Origin: a virus
Lineage: Duplodnaviria > Caudoviricetes
Direction: 5' to 3' (one strand)
DNA: 64,000 nucleotides
Virus record (IMG/VR): IMGVR_UViG_3300020049_014895
Location: 10,482-74,481 of that record
Part shown: one piece after another, positions 20,701-31,257 of the stretch
How positions within the stretch are numbered: position 1 is the first letter of the stretch
Layout of the letters: each line of letters starts with the position of its first letter
The notes under the pieces: generated by a model
Databases searched by the model: none
What the model was told of the DNA's origin: nothing
What the model saw: the letters and a program-made list of their open reading frames with translations, nothing else
Translations under genes and position numbers: made by a program

Positions 20701-20745
20701 TTCCGATAACTCTGCGTCCGCAGGAGGTGTCCAATCTTGAGCCAT
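14787..20745 (-). CDS. Giant internal virion / ejection protein (about 1990 aa), split by a frame change at an A10 run
   Basis: Short ORF MAQDWTPPADA...EVAKKK (start 20745) overlaps the 1956-aa ORF at the T10 run 20638-20647. Largely helical and charged; follows two smaller ejection-type genes. Confidence 0.75.
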
Positions 20746-22016
20746 TATTTCTTAATATAAGTTTTACCATCAGGACCTACCAACGATTCGCCCTTCTTTA
20801 ATTTCGCCCACTTAGCATTAAAATCTGCAGGAGCTAATGGTTTTGTTTTTGTATCAATGTCATACTTCTTTACAGAAACGTGCTCAGGAGCATTTCCTTC
20901 CAATAAAGAAACAGGATTATCTATCCCAAATGTATTATTCATCACCTCTGCCACATCCGTATAATCAACTTCCATTATCTTTCCTTCCACGCGATTATCG
21001 CCTTCTCCGGTTGCCTTAGTAGATGCTTTTAACACAATCTTCCCATCCGGTTTTCTAACAATCGACATAGGACGTAACTCCATTGTCTCTCCTCGCTTAC
21101 CAGGATTCTCAATAGTTAAATAAGGATTGTCAGGCTTATCCGTAAAGTTTATTGTAGCAGTAGTATTCCCGCTCTTATCTTTAGTAACAACACTTGCTAC
21201 TGCAGGTCTCTTAGTTGTGTTTCCATCACCTTGAGATTGCGGACCAGCTTTGGTATCTTTAATTACCAATTTCGGAGCGTATTTACGTTGATAGTACTCC
21301 ACCGCAGATTTTGCCCCAAGTTTATCTTGCGCCTTTTCGTAATCGCGAGTCGCTTGTCTGAAATTTTGCGGATCTTCCAAGTCGGAAGCAATTAACTCCT
21401 CAGCATCCTTTAAAGAATATGTTTTCCCGTATGGAGTTTCCTTCGCTTGCCTTTGAGCAAACTGAGATAAATCACCCGTCACGCGGTCTAAATAATTAAT
21501 GTTCTTTCTATAAATAGAGTCGTCAATATTCCAATTCCCGGCATCTTCAGTAGCCGCTCTTGACAAATGACTTTGAATAACGTCTTCGTCATAAGCATCC
21601 GATTCCTTTGCTAAATTCAACCCTCTTTGCTCCCATGCCTCGCGGAAGTTTTTTGATTGCTCTGCCGATGTAGAAAGGTCTCCCGCCAAGTTTTGATATT
21701 GCATCATTAAATTGGCGTCTCCCTTTTTTAATCCATCAATGTTTTGAACAACAAAGTCTCTCACCGCTTTTGACTTTCCGGCAATCAATTCTCTGTCTTT
21801 TGGCATTATGGCAACCTTACCCATTGCGGACAGGTTCGTCATAATATCCTCCTCGCGAGCTTGCTCTTGCTTTGATTTAAGTTGTTGCTCAGCGAAATTA
21901 CGGTCTTGCTCAGCCATAGCAGCCTCGCGCAATGGAGATAAATCCAATACCTGAGCAGCACCTTTATTTATGCCGTATAAATCCGTTCTTGCCTGTCCGG
22001 TATCTACTCTATACAT
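20745..22016 (-). CDS. Internal virion / ejection protein
   Basis: 423 aa, helical, between the pilot-like and giant ejection genes. Confidence 0.6.
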   Translation of the reverse strand: MYRVDTGQARTDLYGINKGAAQVLDLSPLREAAMAEQDRNFAEQQLKSKQEQAREEDIMTNLSAMGKVAIMPKDRELIAGKSKAVRDFVVQNIDGLKKGDANLMMQYQNLAGDLSTSAEQSKNFREAWEQRGLNLAKESDAYDEDVIQSHLSRAATEDAGNWNIDDSIYRKNINYLDRVTGDLSQFAQRQAKETPYGKTYSLKDAEELIASDLEDPQNFRQATRDYEKAQDKLGAKSAVEYYQRKYAPKLVIKDTKAGPQSQGDGNTTKRPAVASVVTKDKSGNTTATINFTDKPDNPYLTIENPGKRGETMELRPMSIVRKPDGKIVLKASTKATGEGDNRVEGKIMEVDYTDVAEVMNNTFGIDNPVSLLEGNAPEHVSVKKYDIDTKTKPLAPADFNAKWAKLKKGESLVGPDGKTYIKK

Positions 22017-22716
22017 ATCCGTATGAATTCGTTGGATTATCGTTAATTAATGCGCCTTCTTGAGAATTTGGATTGTAGTTATTCATTCCAGTCATACTAT
22101 ACTTGTTTGGAGTAAAGTATTGATTTCCAGAAGCCGGATTCACTTGTTGTCCTTGTTGTTGCTTTCCGCCAGAATTTTCATATCCACCACTTCCACCTGT
22201 ATTACCGGCCTGAAATCCTTGAGACATATTCTGCATCCCAGCGCCAATCATTGCATTGTTCTGAGCAGTTTGCTCATAGTAAGGATTTGATTTGTTTATC
22301 TGAAATGCTTGGTCTCTATAATCAGCCATCGTTTGACGTTGACCCATCAATATACCTTGATTTTGCGCTCTTGCCTGAGCATCCATTGACATAAGGTTGC
22401 CATAGGCATCATTTTGTTGCTGATTAATTCCGGCAATGCCAGCAAGACCACCTCTTCGGCTTCCACTTGACGCTAACGCCTGAGCGGACCCACGCTGAAG
22501 GTTGGTTAAATATTGTTGCTTTTGCTCTTCAGGAATTCCCTGTAAAGCCATTTGCTGAGCTTGATTTAAGTTTTGTTGTATCTCTTGAGGGATTTCATAC
22601 GTAGGTCGCTTATTTCTCTTTTGCTTATACAACCCATACGCTAACTGAACAGCACCAAGAGTCGTAGACGCTCCTCCACCTGCCCAATTTGAAATCTGAT
22701 TTGTCATATCAGCCAT
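22009..22716 (-). CDS. DNA-ejection (pilot-like) protein
   Basis: Gly/Ala-rich hydrophobic N-terminus (GGGASTTLGAVQLAYG) followed by Q/N-rich helices. Confidence 0.65.
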   Translation of the reverse strand: MADMTNQISNWAGGGASTTLGAVQLAYGLYKQKRNKRPTYEIPQEIQQNLNQAQQMALQGIPEEQKQQYLTNLQRGSAQALASSGSRRGGLAGIAGINQQQNDAYGNLMSMDAQARAQNQGILMGQRQTMADYRDQAFQINKSNPYYEQTAQNNAMIGAGMQNMSQGFQAGNTGGSGGYENSGGKQQQGQQVNPASGNQYFTPNKYSMTGMNNYNPNSQEGALINDNPTNSYGYV

Positions 22717-22717
22717 C

Positions 22718-23056
22718 TTATTTTTTATCTAAAAAGTTAAACAATCCAATTAATAAAAGGCTTGCAATAGCACCAATAAATGCAAAAAGCAATATTTCAC
22801 AATTACATTTTTGTAATAAATAGCAAATGATTCCTGCCCAAAATCCGAAACACCCAAAACAATTTGTTACATTCTCAAGAAACAAAAATACATTCATTTT
22901 TAAGTTTCTGAAAAACGTGTTTTTGTCAACCACAGCAATCTCATAAACCTGTTTCTTAAATGAAATCTTTTCTCTCGTACCCTTGAAAACTTTACTTCGG
23001 GTTACAATCCAAGATAATCCAGCAGAAGATAATATGAAAATTAATAGTGATTCCAT
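22718..23056 (-). CDS. DUF1360-like membrane protein
   Basis: CFGCFGFWAG motif with flanking TM segments. Confidence 0.6.
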   Translation of the reverse strand: MESLLIFILSSAGLSWIVTRSKVFKGTREKISFKKQVYEIAVVDKNTFFRNLKMNVFLFLENVTNCFGCFGFWAGIICYLLQKCNCEILLFAFIGAIASLLLIGLFNFLDKK

Positions 23057-23074
23057 ACTTGCAAATATATAAAA

Positions 23075-26000
23075 TTAATTCTTATTACTTAAATTACTTC
23101 CGATATAATAAAAATTAACAGCATTTATTTTATTGTAATCAGTTCCAGTATATCTAAATTTTAACAAGAATGTTCTATCTCGCATAACATCGCCTTCAAT
23201 CAATGGCAATAAAACATTTGGAGTATTTGCATCCCTTAAAACACCCGCATACTGATTATTCTCTTTTTCATCGAAATCACTTATGATCAAACTACTTTCT
23301 TGACCATTCGGGGTTGTTATCGAATAAACTTCCCACGCAGAGTTGGTCTCCTCAGATATTGCTGTTAAAATTTTTACATTTGAAGGATTAGCATTGCAAT
23401 ATACCCAAAATTCAGGCTCCCCAACCGACCCATAAAAACTTCCATAAACAACATTTTCGTTATGCTTCCACAATCCGCCATCCTTAAAAGAAACAAACCC
23501 GGTATTTGATGGACACATCCCTTCCGGATGAAACGTATAAAACGCACTCCATTGATTATATTTTTCATTCCAAGCCAATGTTTCAGCCTCAATAGTTGGC
23601 AACAACTCTCCCTGAATCATTCGCTCAAAGGCTACAACATATTCATTAAACTTTATATCATAAACTCCATAAACACGAGGATACTGATTTGCATTCAAAT
23701 AAGCATTACATTTATCCGAAAAGAAATTATGCATATCACCCACATCCGAAATAGGAGTTAATCCATCATTAGATAATCTCCAAACAATTCCACGATTAAC
23801 ATCTATACCATAATCAACATTATTGTATTCTGCATGTGATTCAGGATTTCTGCCAATTCCTATTTCTCCTGCATAAGGAGAGGTTTCAGGAGACAATACA
23901 GCAGAAGATGCACCAACAGTACTCTGAAGCGACAAGTCATTATAAATAATTCGCCCAACAGGAATCATGCTAATTTTCAACTCCTGCATCATGATGAGTC
24001 CAATGTCCTTTGTTCTTAATTTATAAATCCCTCCGTAAGCCTGAGAATATGTTTGGTAATTTTCATCATAAACAGTACTAAGCCCATTTATACCAGTTTC
24101 CGGAATAAAGTTTTCAGAATAATAAACTGTGCTCGGACGAGTCACCCTTTTAATTTCGGGATCAATTCGATTTACTCGCCCATAATCCGCAGCATTTGAT
24201 GTAAACAAATAACTTGCGCTTGATGCCTCAATATAAGAATATAATCGATAAACACTAACAAATCCAGTTATAAGATATGGCATATCGCATAATCTTCTAA
24301 AACAATCTCCACTCGAAAGAACTGTCTCTGATGCTCGAACAATAGTCCCAGGACCAGAGTTAGGAATTCCAACCAATGTAAATCCTGCTGTATCGATACT
24401 TACAGCGGTTGCCCCTATTGCAGAAACAACACCATACACACTAAATAATCCATTATAAAACTTCACATTCTCCCCAACATTTAGTCCGTGACCCAAAGGA
24501 ACTACACATGTATAAACAGCCCCCACATAAGAAGACGATGTAAGAGGGACAAACATTTGATTAATTGTGCTACCGCTATGAACTAAGTTTCCATACTGAT
24601 CTGCTACAATATCCCCCTCTTCTGCAATTTCATACATCAATTCGTTATCATTTATTACGCTTTCTGCCGGTTGATAAATTTCAAATAGACATCCAGGCAA
24701 TAAATTCAATGGTACAGTTGGAAGTGATGGATTTATTCTAATGTTCAAAACCTGGGTTCCACTATCCCAAGATAATATCTCTGTATCATTAAATGAAAAA
24801 AATGAATCTATTCCGGTAACAGCCGTTGGCAAATAAGGAGAAGTTGAAGTATAGGCAGGATTAGCAATAAACCTAATTCTATCGCCATCAGCATAGTCAT
24901 ACACAAGCTTTGAGTCTCCATTTTCATAAAGATACCTGCCTATAATGCTCCCTAAATCAAGAGTGCAATAAACAGCAAGAGCTGGAGCAACAACCGCCCC
25001 ATTGATGTCAGTGTACCTAATCTCTTGGGCAACAAACTGAAAATATCTACCCATAGACTTATTTGTACTTCTCAATATTTGATATCTTTTTGCCCAACTT
25101 GGAGGCGCATGGTACAACTCGGCCGTAACCTCTGGAACATACTTCATGTCCTCATTGGGACTTCCATGCGGAGCATCATAAAGTGGATCTGTAACAAATG
25201 GGACATATAATGTTGTACCAAATACACTTCCAGTATATTCTGTAGACTTTCCCTTTACAGTATTTGTTAATCCGCTTCTATTTCCCCATTCATCATAATA
25301 AACCATACCACAATCATAAACACCCCCCGACTTTAAAAAAGTCTTGTCAACAAAGAAATTATTTGAAGGAGGAGTAAATTCTTCAAAAGTAATCGGCAAT
25401 CTCATGTCAACGTGCACAGGATCAAAATTTTCAGTAATTAATCCATCTACAATTCTCTGACCAGCAATTATTTCTTGAGCCTGACTTCTTAGCGGAACCC
25501 AATCAAACAATCGGATACTTTCATTGATTTCCAATTGAACATAGTTGCCGTCATTATAAAATGGAAAATCATAAGTAGAATCAGATGAAATACCCAAGGC
25601 ATCTTTTGAAAAGTCAGCAATTAAAGAAAAATCTGTTAATCCTAACTGCTTTCCAGCAATCCTTATTCTTTTTACAATACCACTACCAGTTGGAACAGTT
25701 AGCGTAATTTTATTATCCTGAATATTGAAATCCTCCCCGCTCCCTCCGGCATTTACAGTCGAAGGGAATTCATACCTACTAATTGGCGACCAAGCGCTTA
25801 CCTCATTATCATCATAAACAAACTGAACTTTAAACTGAAAAAGCTTTTTAAATAAATAATTTATTTTCTGATCCGAATCAGTGCTCCAAACATAAGTTGG
25901 AGACGATGAAGGAGGTTGCTTTACGCGAGTAATAAACCTTGGTTCAAAAGGAGCCGGATAACCATTAATGTAATCTCCGGCTGAATGCAATTTCGCCTTT

Positions 26001-26488
26001 TCAATGTTTACCTTCTTTGGCTCATTATAATCATTTTCATCCCCAGGATTAACATAATTGTCGGTCCAATACAATAAATGATTTTCTGAATCAAGTTCAA
26101 CAACATTAATCCCTGTAATTAAAAAATCAGAACTAAAATTCAAATAGTATGGCGCAGAAACAGCCTCTCTTAAAACAAGAGAAATAATATTTGTTGCGTA
26201 ATTATACTCAAGAATAGAATGAGCCAACACATCATTAAAAACAAAATAGTATATTTTTTTTGTTTTAATATCCTCCTTAGAGCCAATTACAACATTATTC
26301 CCAGCAGGCAACGAATAAGAAACAAGCGAGTTTCCAAGCATTGTTTCAATTGCTCCTGTTTCATCATTATCTGAAGACAAAACACGCACATTCACTCGAT
26401 GCCTTGCCTTACCAGGAATTTGCATCTTGTCTGACTCGGGAGAATTATCCGAATCCATTCCTAATGTAAATATAATTTTTTGTTGCAT
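23075..26488 (-). CDS. Tail stabilisation / nozzle (muzzle) protein, P22 gp10-like, crAss-like type
   Basis: N-terminal FTLGMDSD...VNVRV...GAIE.MLGN and C-terminal WSAFYTFHPE...SFKDGGLWKHN patterns; 1137 aa; follows the ring proteins. Confidence 0.8.
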   Translation of the reverse strand: MQQKIIFTLGMDSDNSPESDKMQIPGKARHRVNVRVLSSDNDETGAIETMLGNSLVSYSLPAGNNVVIGSKEDIKTKKIYYFVFNDVLAHSILEYNYATNIISLVLREAVSAPYYLNFSSDFLITGINVVELDSENHLLYWTDNYVNPGDENDYNEPKKVNIEKAKLHSAGDYINGYPAPFEPRFITRVKQPPSSSPTYVWSTDSDQKINYLFKKLFQFKVQFVYDDNEVSAWSPISRYEFPSTVNAGGSGEDFNIQDNKITLTVPTGSGIVKRIRIAGKQLGLTDFSLIADFSKDALGISSDSTYDFPFYNDGNYVQLEINESIRLFDWVPLRSQAQEIIAGQRIVDGLITENFDPVHVDMRLPITFEEFTPPSNNFFVDKTFLKSGGVYDCGMVYYDEWGNRSGLTNTVKGKSTEYTGSVFGTTLYVPFVTDPLYDAPHGSPNEDMKYVPEVTAELYHAPPSWAKRYQILRSTNKSMGRYFQFVAQEIRYTDINGAVVAPALAVYCTLDLGSIIGRYLYENGDSKLVYDYADGDRIRFIANPAYTSTSPYLPTAVTGIDSFFSFNDTEILSWDSGTQVLNIRINPSLPTVPLNLLPGCLFEIYQPAESVINDNELMYEIAEEGDIVADQYGNLVHSGSTINQMFVPLTSSSYVGAVYTCVVPLGHGLNVGENVKFYNGLFSVYGVVSAIGATAVSIDTAGFTLVGIPNSGPGTIVRASETVLSSGDCFRRLCDMPYLITGFVSVYRLYSYIEASSASYLFTSNAADYGRVNRIDPEIKRVTRPSTVYYSENFIPETGINGLSTVYDENYQTYSQAYGGIYKLRTKDIGLIMMQELKISMIPVGRIIYNDLSLQSTVGASSAVLSPETSPYAGEIGIGRNPESHAEYNNVDYGIDVNRGIVWRLSNDGLTPISDVGDMHNFFSDKCNAYLNANQYPRVYGVYDIKFNEYVVAFERMIQGELLPTIEAETLAWNEKYNQWSAFYTFHPEGMCPSNTGFVSFKDGGLWKHNENVVYGSFYGSVGEPEFWVYCNANPSNVKILTAISEETNSAWEVYSITTPNGQESSLIISDFDEKENNQYAGVLRDANTPNVLLPLIEGDVMRDRTFLLKFRYTGTDYNKINAVNFYYIGSNLSNKN

Positions 26489-26491
26489 ATT

Positions 26492-27262
26492 TTACCACTT
26501 TACAGCAGCTTGATTACCATGGCGAAATGCCGATAACCACTCGTCTGCTGTTCTTGAATTGAATCTTATCCTAGAAATTCTTTCTGCCTTCTGAAAATCA
26601 ATCATTGCCATCTCTTTCTCATTTGCGTTACGATTTCTGTCTCGAGCAATATACTTCCAATACATCCAGTTTTTTACAGTTTCAATCAGAAAAGGATGAA
26701 CCACAAAATCATCTCCAGACGCCTCTATGTCTGTCAAATACTCCAAAACGATATAGGAGGTGCCAACAGGGAAAGAAGACAATAATATTTGAGAGGAATT
26801 CATATCAAATCTATAATATCCATTGGCATTATTTCCACCACCAATCCCAAAAAATCTCCCCATCAACTCTCCATTACGAATATTATCATCTAAGTAATCA
26901 GTTGAAATAATCCCGCCAGACAATGTAGCATCTTGGCCAGTTGAACTTTCATGAGAAATAGGATTTCCACAATCGTCATACATTTTATCTAAACACAAAT
27001 TATCATTGCGCCCAAGAGAGTGTAACTGCCCATCTCTTCCACATAAAGCGATACGAGTGTAATTTATAAATCCACAAGGCAAATCAACTGTGTCGTTTGA
27101 GTTAATCGTCAATTGTGCAACTTGTGGCACACCGGATAAATCCATATTTTGCTCTCGCAAACAAGCAACACCTAATTGATAAAATCGAGCATACTTATTC
27201 GATTGACCTTCTCCGAGTTCAATTAATAATTCATTTACAATATCCTTTAATAAATAACTCAT
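26492..27262 (-). CDS. Tail ring / tubular protein
   Basis: TVDLPCGFINYTRI...LEYLTD...VHPFLIETVKNWMYWK pattern; position between ring and stabiliser genes. Confidence 0.65.
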   Translation of the reverse strand: MSYLLKDIVNELLIELGEGQSNKYARFYQLGVACLREQNMDLSGVPQVAQLTINSNDTVDLPCGFINYTRIALCGRDGQLHSLGRNDNLCLDKMYDDCGNPISHESSTGQDATLSGGIISTDYLDDNIRNGELMGRFFGIGGGNNANGYYRFDMNSSQILLSSFPVGTSYIVLEYLTDIEASGDDFVVHPFLIETVKNWMYWKYIARDRNRNANEKEMAMIDFQKAERISRIRFNSRTADEWLSAFRHGNQAAVKW

Positions 27263-27849
27263 TATTGTAAGGTATCAGGTTTAACTTCCGGTTTTGGTTG
27301 GTACTTTGCTACAACCATGTCTACAATTGCAGATGCCATGTCAGGAGGAATATTTAACACCTCTTCAACATCTACGGCATCAAGTGCAATTGCTAATTTT
27401 AATAAAATATTTCCATTTGAAACACTTGTCATTTTTGGAAAATACATTCTAATCCCTTCAACATAATACGTCTGAGCACCACCCATAATATTTGCTTTTA
27501 AATTTGCCCAAATACCAACTGATCCACTATTTATTCTAACAAAAGGCTTATCTTGTTGCTTCATAAACGAAACCGCATTTATACCCGCTTCATGAGGCAA
27601 TCTAACATAAGAACTTGGAATCACAATGTAATAGAAATCTGTATCTAAATCAACCTCCGGAACAATATTTTTAAACGTGTACTGAAATACCCCATCAACT
27701 TCATTTATCCCATCCTGCTTATTCTCATACCAACTTTGCTTTACAACAACAGCATAAGAATCAACACAAGCAGATATTATTGCCTGTATATCCCCTTTTC
27801 CTAAAATGTCTCTCGCCTTTTCAGCGAGCATAAATATTGATGTTGCCAT
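27262..27849 (-). CDS. Tail ring / adaptor protein
   Basis: Coupled to its neighbours in the tail-ring block. Confidence 0.55.
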   Translation of the reverse strand: MATSIFMLAEKARDILGKGDIQAIISACVDSYAVVVKQSWYENKQDGINEVDGVFQYTFKNIVPEVDLDTDFYYIVIPSSYVRLPHEAGINAVSFMKQQDKPFVRINSGSVGIWANLKANIMGGAQTYYVEGIRMYFPKMTSVSNGNILLKLAIALDAVDVEEVLNIPPDMASAIVDMVVAKYQPKPEVKPDTLQ

Positions 27850-28514
27850 TAAAATGTGCTATTTGTTTGTTGTTTATATGCCTCAGAAAACTGAGACAGC
27901 TCTCCATCCTTTAAATTGACTCCAATTAAAGATAAATACATCGAGGCAACATTGTTCAAACTAAATCCGTCCCACTCAAAATCAGTACTTGAAGATGCAT
28001 CATATACCGGTCTTCCTGAAACCGTTGTAAATCCCCAAACAGGAGAAGTTGGAGTCTTGAAGTAATCCAACATAATAGTTCCAATAGTTTTTGGAAGAAA
28101 TCTTATTCCATTCCCAAACTCTGAATACTTTGGGAATCTTTTAGATGGCACCTGCAACTGAGAAGTAGAAATCGCTCCCCATGAAGAATTTTTAACTTCA
28201 ATAACAGGAATCTCTGTAGATAACCCTCCAGCACGAACATAATAAGACCGGATAGACGAAGCATGCTCCCAATCAGAAGGATACGGCAACAACCCAGTTA
28301 CAGGAACAGATGTTGTTGAATTCTTTAAAAATGTTTTCAAAAACTCACTAACACTTCCTGTAGCCAAAAATGTCTGAAAATCTTTTTCAAACAATTGCAT
28401 TTGCGCCCGGTTTGCAATCACATTAAACTGAGATGGAGAAACAGTATTCCCACTCTGGGCCTTATTTGACACAAACTCTACGAAAACTTTGAATGTATTT
28501 ATGTTTACCGACAT
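27849..28514 (-). CDS. Tail ring / tubular protein A-like (head-tail connector)
   Basis: NKAQSGNTVSPSQFNVIANRAQMQLF...LDYFKTPTSPVWGF pattern typical of crAss-like ring proteins. Confidence 0.7.
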   Translation of the reverse strand: MSVNINTFKVFVEFVSNKAQSGNTVSPSQFNVIANRAQMQLFEKDFQTFLATGSVSEFLKTFLKNSTTSVPVTGLLPYPSDWEHASSIRSYYVRAGGLSTEIPVIEVKNSSWGAISTSQLQVPSKRFPKYSEFGNGIRFLPKTIGTIMLDYFKTPTSPVWGFTTVSGRPVYDASSSTDFEWDGFSLNNVASMYLSLIGVNLKDGELSQFSEAYKQQTNSTF

Positions 28515-28517
28515 CTA

Positions 28518-29519
28518 TTATGATCGTAAAACTGTTAATGATAAATTGGCTCTCCCTCCGGAAGTCGTTTTTGCAGTTAACACTGTAAGCACCTGTCCAG
28601 CAGTAAACGTGTTGTTAGCAGTAACGGCACTTGAATAAGCTGTACCAAAAGCATCTGACGCAGCAAAAGAAATAGGAGTTGTAACAGTCATAGTTGTTCC
28701 ACTGTTATCTTTTAAAACAACTGTTGCAGCATCAGTTCCTGCTATTGTTTTTGATGCAACAGCTCTAATAGCTGTAACCGAACAAGCAAAAGGAATTATA
28801 TATGTTAGCGCTCCGGTTTCTCCGGATTCAAATGAACATGGGATTATTAACACTTCTGTTTTTAATTCAGTTGTTAATTTTGCAGGAGTTACATTTGCAT
28901 CTAAAATTTTAACCGTAGTAACTGCATCATTTGCAATAGTCCAATTAGCGCCACTCTTTGTTAAGTCCCCTGCTACGATTTGCTGTAAAACATCCGTTCC
29001 ATCGCCACCCAAAACAGCAGTGGCATTTGCAGCATTTGCCGCCTCAATCGCACCATTCAATCCAGTTCTAATTACTTGCCCTCTCGTACCTGTAGGCAAA
29101 AGCTTTGTTAATGCAATTTCTCCATATAAAGAAGCATTTAAAATAGATCCGGCAATGATATCGGCTCCGTTAATATCAACGTTCCCATCTGAGAAATCAG
29201 AACAGATACTTACATCCCACGTAGTACCATTGTAAACGCAAGTAATTTTTTGCTCATACAAGCATTGAGCAGCATTTAATGTTGTTCCAAACACAGAAAA
29301 TGTATTTGCACCTAAAGTAAAGCCTCCCATGAAGCAGAAAATGTAAGTGCACTGAACCTGTGGGGTTCCTGTTGATGTTAATGCTACATTACCGGCAAGC
29401 ACAACAGCGCCACCATCAGGAATAATGTTATACACCATCACGCCATCATTTACCGAATAAGACTCAGTTAAACCAGCTGCAGTAATTGTAATATTTTTAT
29501 ATGTTTTGTTAATTGCCAT
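28518..29519 (-). CDS. Tail fibre / collar-associated structural protein
   Basis: Thr/Gly-rich; IANDAVTTVKILDANVT fibre repeat. Confidence 0.6.
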   Translation of the reverse strand: MAINKTYKNITITAAGLTESYSVNDGVMVYNIIPDGGAVVLAGNVALTSTGTPQVQCTYIFCFMGGFTLGANTFSVFGTTLNAAQCLYEQKITCVYNGTTWDVSICSDFSDGNVDINGADIIAGSILNASLYGEIALTKLLPTGTRGQVIRTGLNGAIEAANAANATAVLGGDGTDVLQQIVAGDLTKSGANWTIANDAVTTVKILDANVTPAKLTTELKTEVLIIPCSFESGETGALTYIIPFACSVTAIRAVASKTIAGTDAATVVLKDNSGTTMTVTTPISFAASDAFGTAYSSAVTANNTFTAGQVLTVLTAKTTSGGRANLSLTVLRS

Positions 29520-29524
29520 GACGA

Positions 29525-31198
29525 TTATTTTTCAAAATATTTAACCATTAATTGATTTTGAGTAATTGTTTCAGTGTTTGATGTAGCATCATAATTTGTC
29601 CCAAAACAAGCAAAAACTAAAGGGTTAACAGACAAGTCTGCAACCGCAAAACCTGCGCCAGTCCCCTCATCAAAATTATAACCACTTAATCGAGTATAAT
29701 TATTACTTGATGTCATAGTATCAATAGTGATGTAAACTGCAAGTAATGAAATTCTAGTAATTGCAATTTTAACCTTGCAATATTTTGTGTCCGGAGGCAA
29801 TAAAATAGTATTTGACGCAGGAGATGGAGTAAGCTTTGTAATAAAATTTGAACCACCTAAAGTGAAGGAAATGTTCTTGTCCTGTGTTGTTGCACTCATA
29901 ACATATGATGCATCAATCTCTATTACATCACCATTCGTTGCCAAGGTATCTGCAGGAATAGTGTAAGTCATTAACGGATCTGTACCGGCCCCAGAAGTAC
30001 TTACAGAAGTTAAGTTGTTACTTAGAACAATTGGCGGAATTGCAATAGTTTGAGTTGCCGCATTCACCGTAAATGTTCTTACACCGGCAACAATCCCGCT
30101 ATCAGCAATAGATGTAATATTTGTTCCGGCAGCCACAACAGTATTATAATGACCAGTAACTGAAGCAATAAATCCAGTACTCAAAGTCACTGTATAAGTA
30201 GTCGTTGTTCCAACCGTTACTGGTGTTACAATTACAACTGAATCACCACTTTCAACAACAGTTGTGTTTCCTGCGCCACCTAATCCTGTAACTAATCCAG
30301 CTTCAGAACTACCACAAGAACAATCATCGGTAAAGTTCCCAATTTCTCGCATCCTATCTAAATAACCAGTTACATCTGTAGGTTTTCCACACTCAATAGC
30401 CAACTTAGCCAATTGAGCCAATGCCATCAACTGAGCAAACAACATTTGAAGCCTACTATATTCGGATGGATTGCATTGAGCTGCAACCATTTGTTGCTCA
30501 ATGCTTCTTAATCCACAATAAACAGCACAAATATATGTGCAATCAACGACAACCTCCTGGGCTGCAGTAACTGTATCCAGTATAATTAATTCATCGCTAA
30601 ACACATAAGTAAGAGTAGATGTTATTTGAGTGGATTGCGTTCCATTTGCAAACCCCTCAAATCCGGCCGTTATAACAGAAGATGCAGAAGTTAACGTTGA
30701 CAATCCAGACCCCAAAGGGAATTGCAATAAATGTTGTCTAACAATAGATGTTGGAGACGTTGAATTAACAACATAATTTGTCGCATCCGTAGATGTAAAT
30801 AACGGAGAAACGCAATCAACCGTCTGCGTAATTGCAACTTCCGGTGATACATATTCATACGTATACGTATTTGTTACAGTAGAATAAACAGTTAAGTTGC
30901 TATCGTATACAGAATAAACGATTGTATAGGCACCAACCTCTGGGAATCCATCAGCAGCCAATGGCAACTGAATTACTTGCTGGTTTTCTCTTGAAACACT
31001 ATTTCGTACATCACACCCTCCATTTGAATAATCAGTGTTGTTATAAATAACAATCCCGCTTGGAGACGTAATATTGAAAACCCCATTAACATCGGCCAAA
31101 GCAATCCCTTGTCCAACATAATCAGCAGTATCTTCAAGTGTAAATATTTTAGGGGTTCCTGTTAAATCGAATGTAGTATTAAACGATATTGTTGCCAT
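29525..31198 (-). CDS. Structural protein (tail hub/fibre-associated)
   Basis: 557 aa, Thr/Val-rich; first gene after late promoter copy 2. Confidence 0.6.
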   Translation of the reverse strand: MATISFNTTFDLTGTPKIFTLEDTADYVGQGIALADVNGVFNITSPSGIVIYNNTDYSNGGCDVRNSVSRENQQVIQLPLAADGFPEVGAYTIVYSVYDSNLTVYSTVTNTYTYEYVSPEVAITQTVDCVSPLFTSTDATNYVVNSTSPTSIVRQHLLQFPLGSGLSTLTSASSVITAGFEGFANGTQSTQITSTLTYVFSDELIILDTVTAAQEVVVDCTYICAVYCGLRSIEQQMVAAQCNPSEYSRLQMLFAQLMALAQLAKLAIECGKPTDVTGYLDRMREIGNFTDDCSCGSSEAGLVTGLGGAGNTTVVESGDSVVIVTPVTVGTTTTYTVTLSTGFIASVTGHYNTVVAAGTNITSIADSGIVAGVRTFTVNAATQTIAIPPIVLSNNLTSVSTSGAGTDPLMTYTIPADTLATNGDVIEIDASYVMSATTQDKNISFTLGGSNFITKLTPSPASNTILLPPDTKYCKVKIAITRISLLAVYITIDTMTSSNNYTRLSGYNFDEGTGAGFAVADLSVNPLVFACFGTNYDATSNTETITQNQLMVKYFEK

Positions 31199-31217
31199 GA
31201 GATATGATTATTTTCCC

Positions 31218-31255
31218 CAAATATAATCACTAATTTAGAATGATTATAAATTAGA
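31218..31255 (-). promoter_or_regulatory. Late promoter, copy 2: 23-bp operator + 7 nt + TATATTTG
   Basis: Motif at 31233-31255; -7 box at 31218-31225; about 40 bp identical to copy 1. Confidence 0.85.
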
Positions 31256-31257
31256 AA

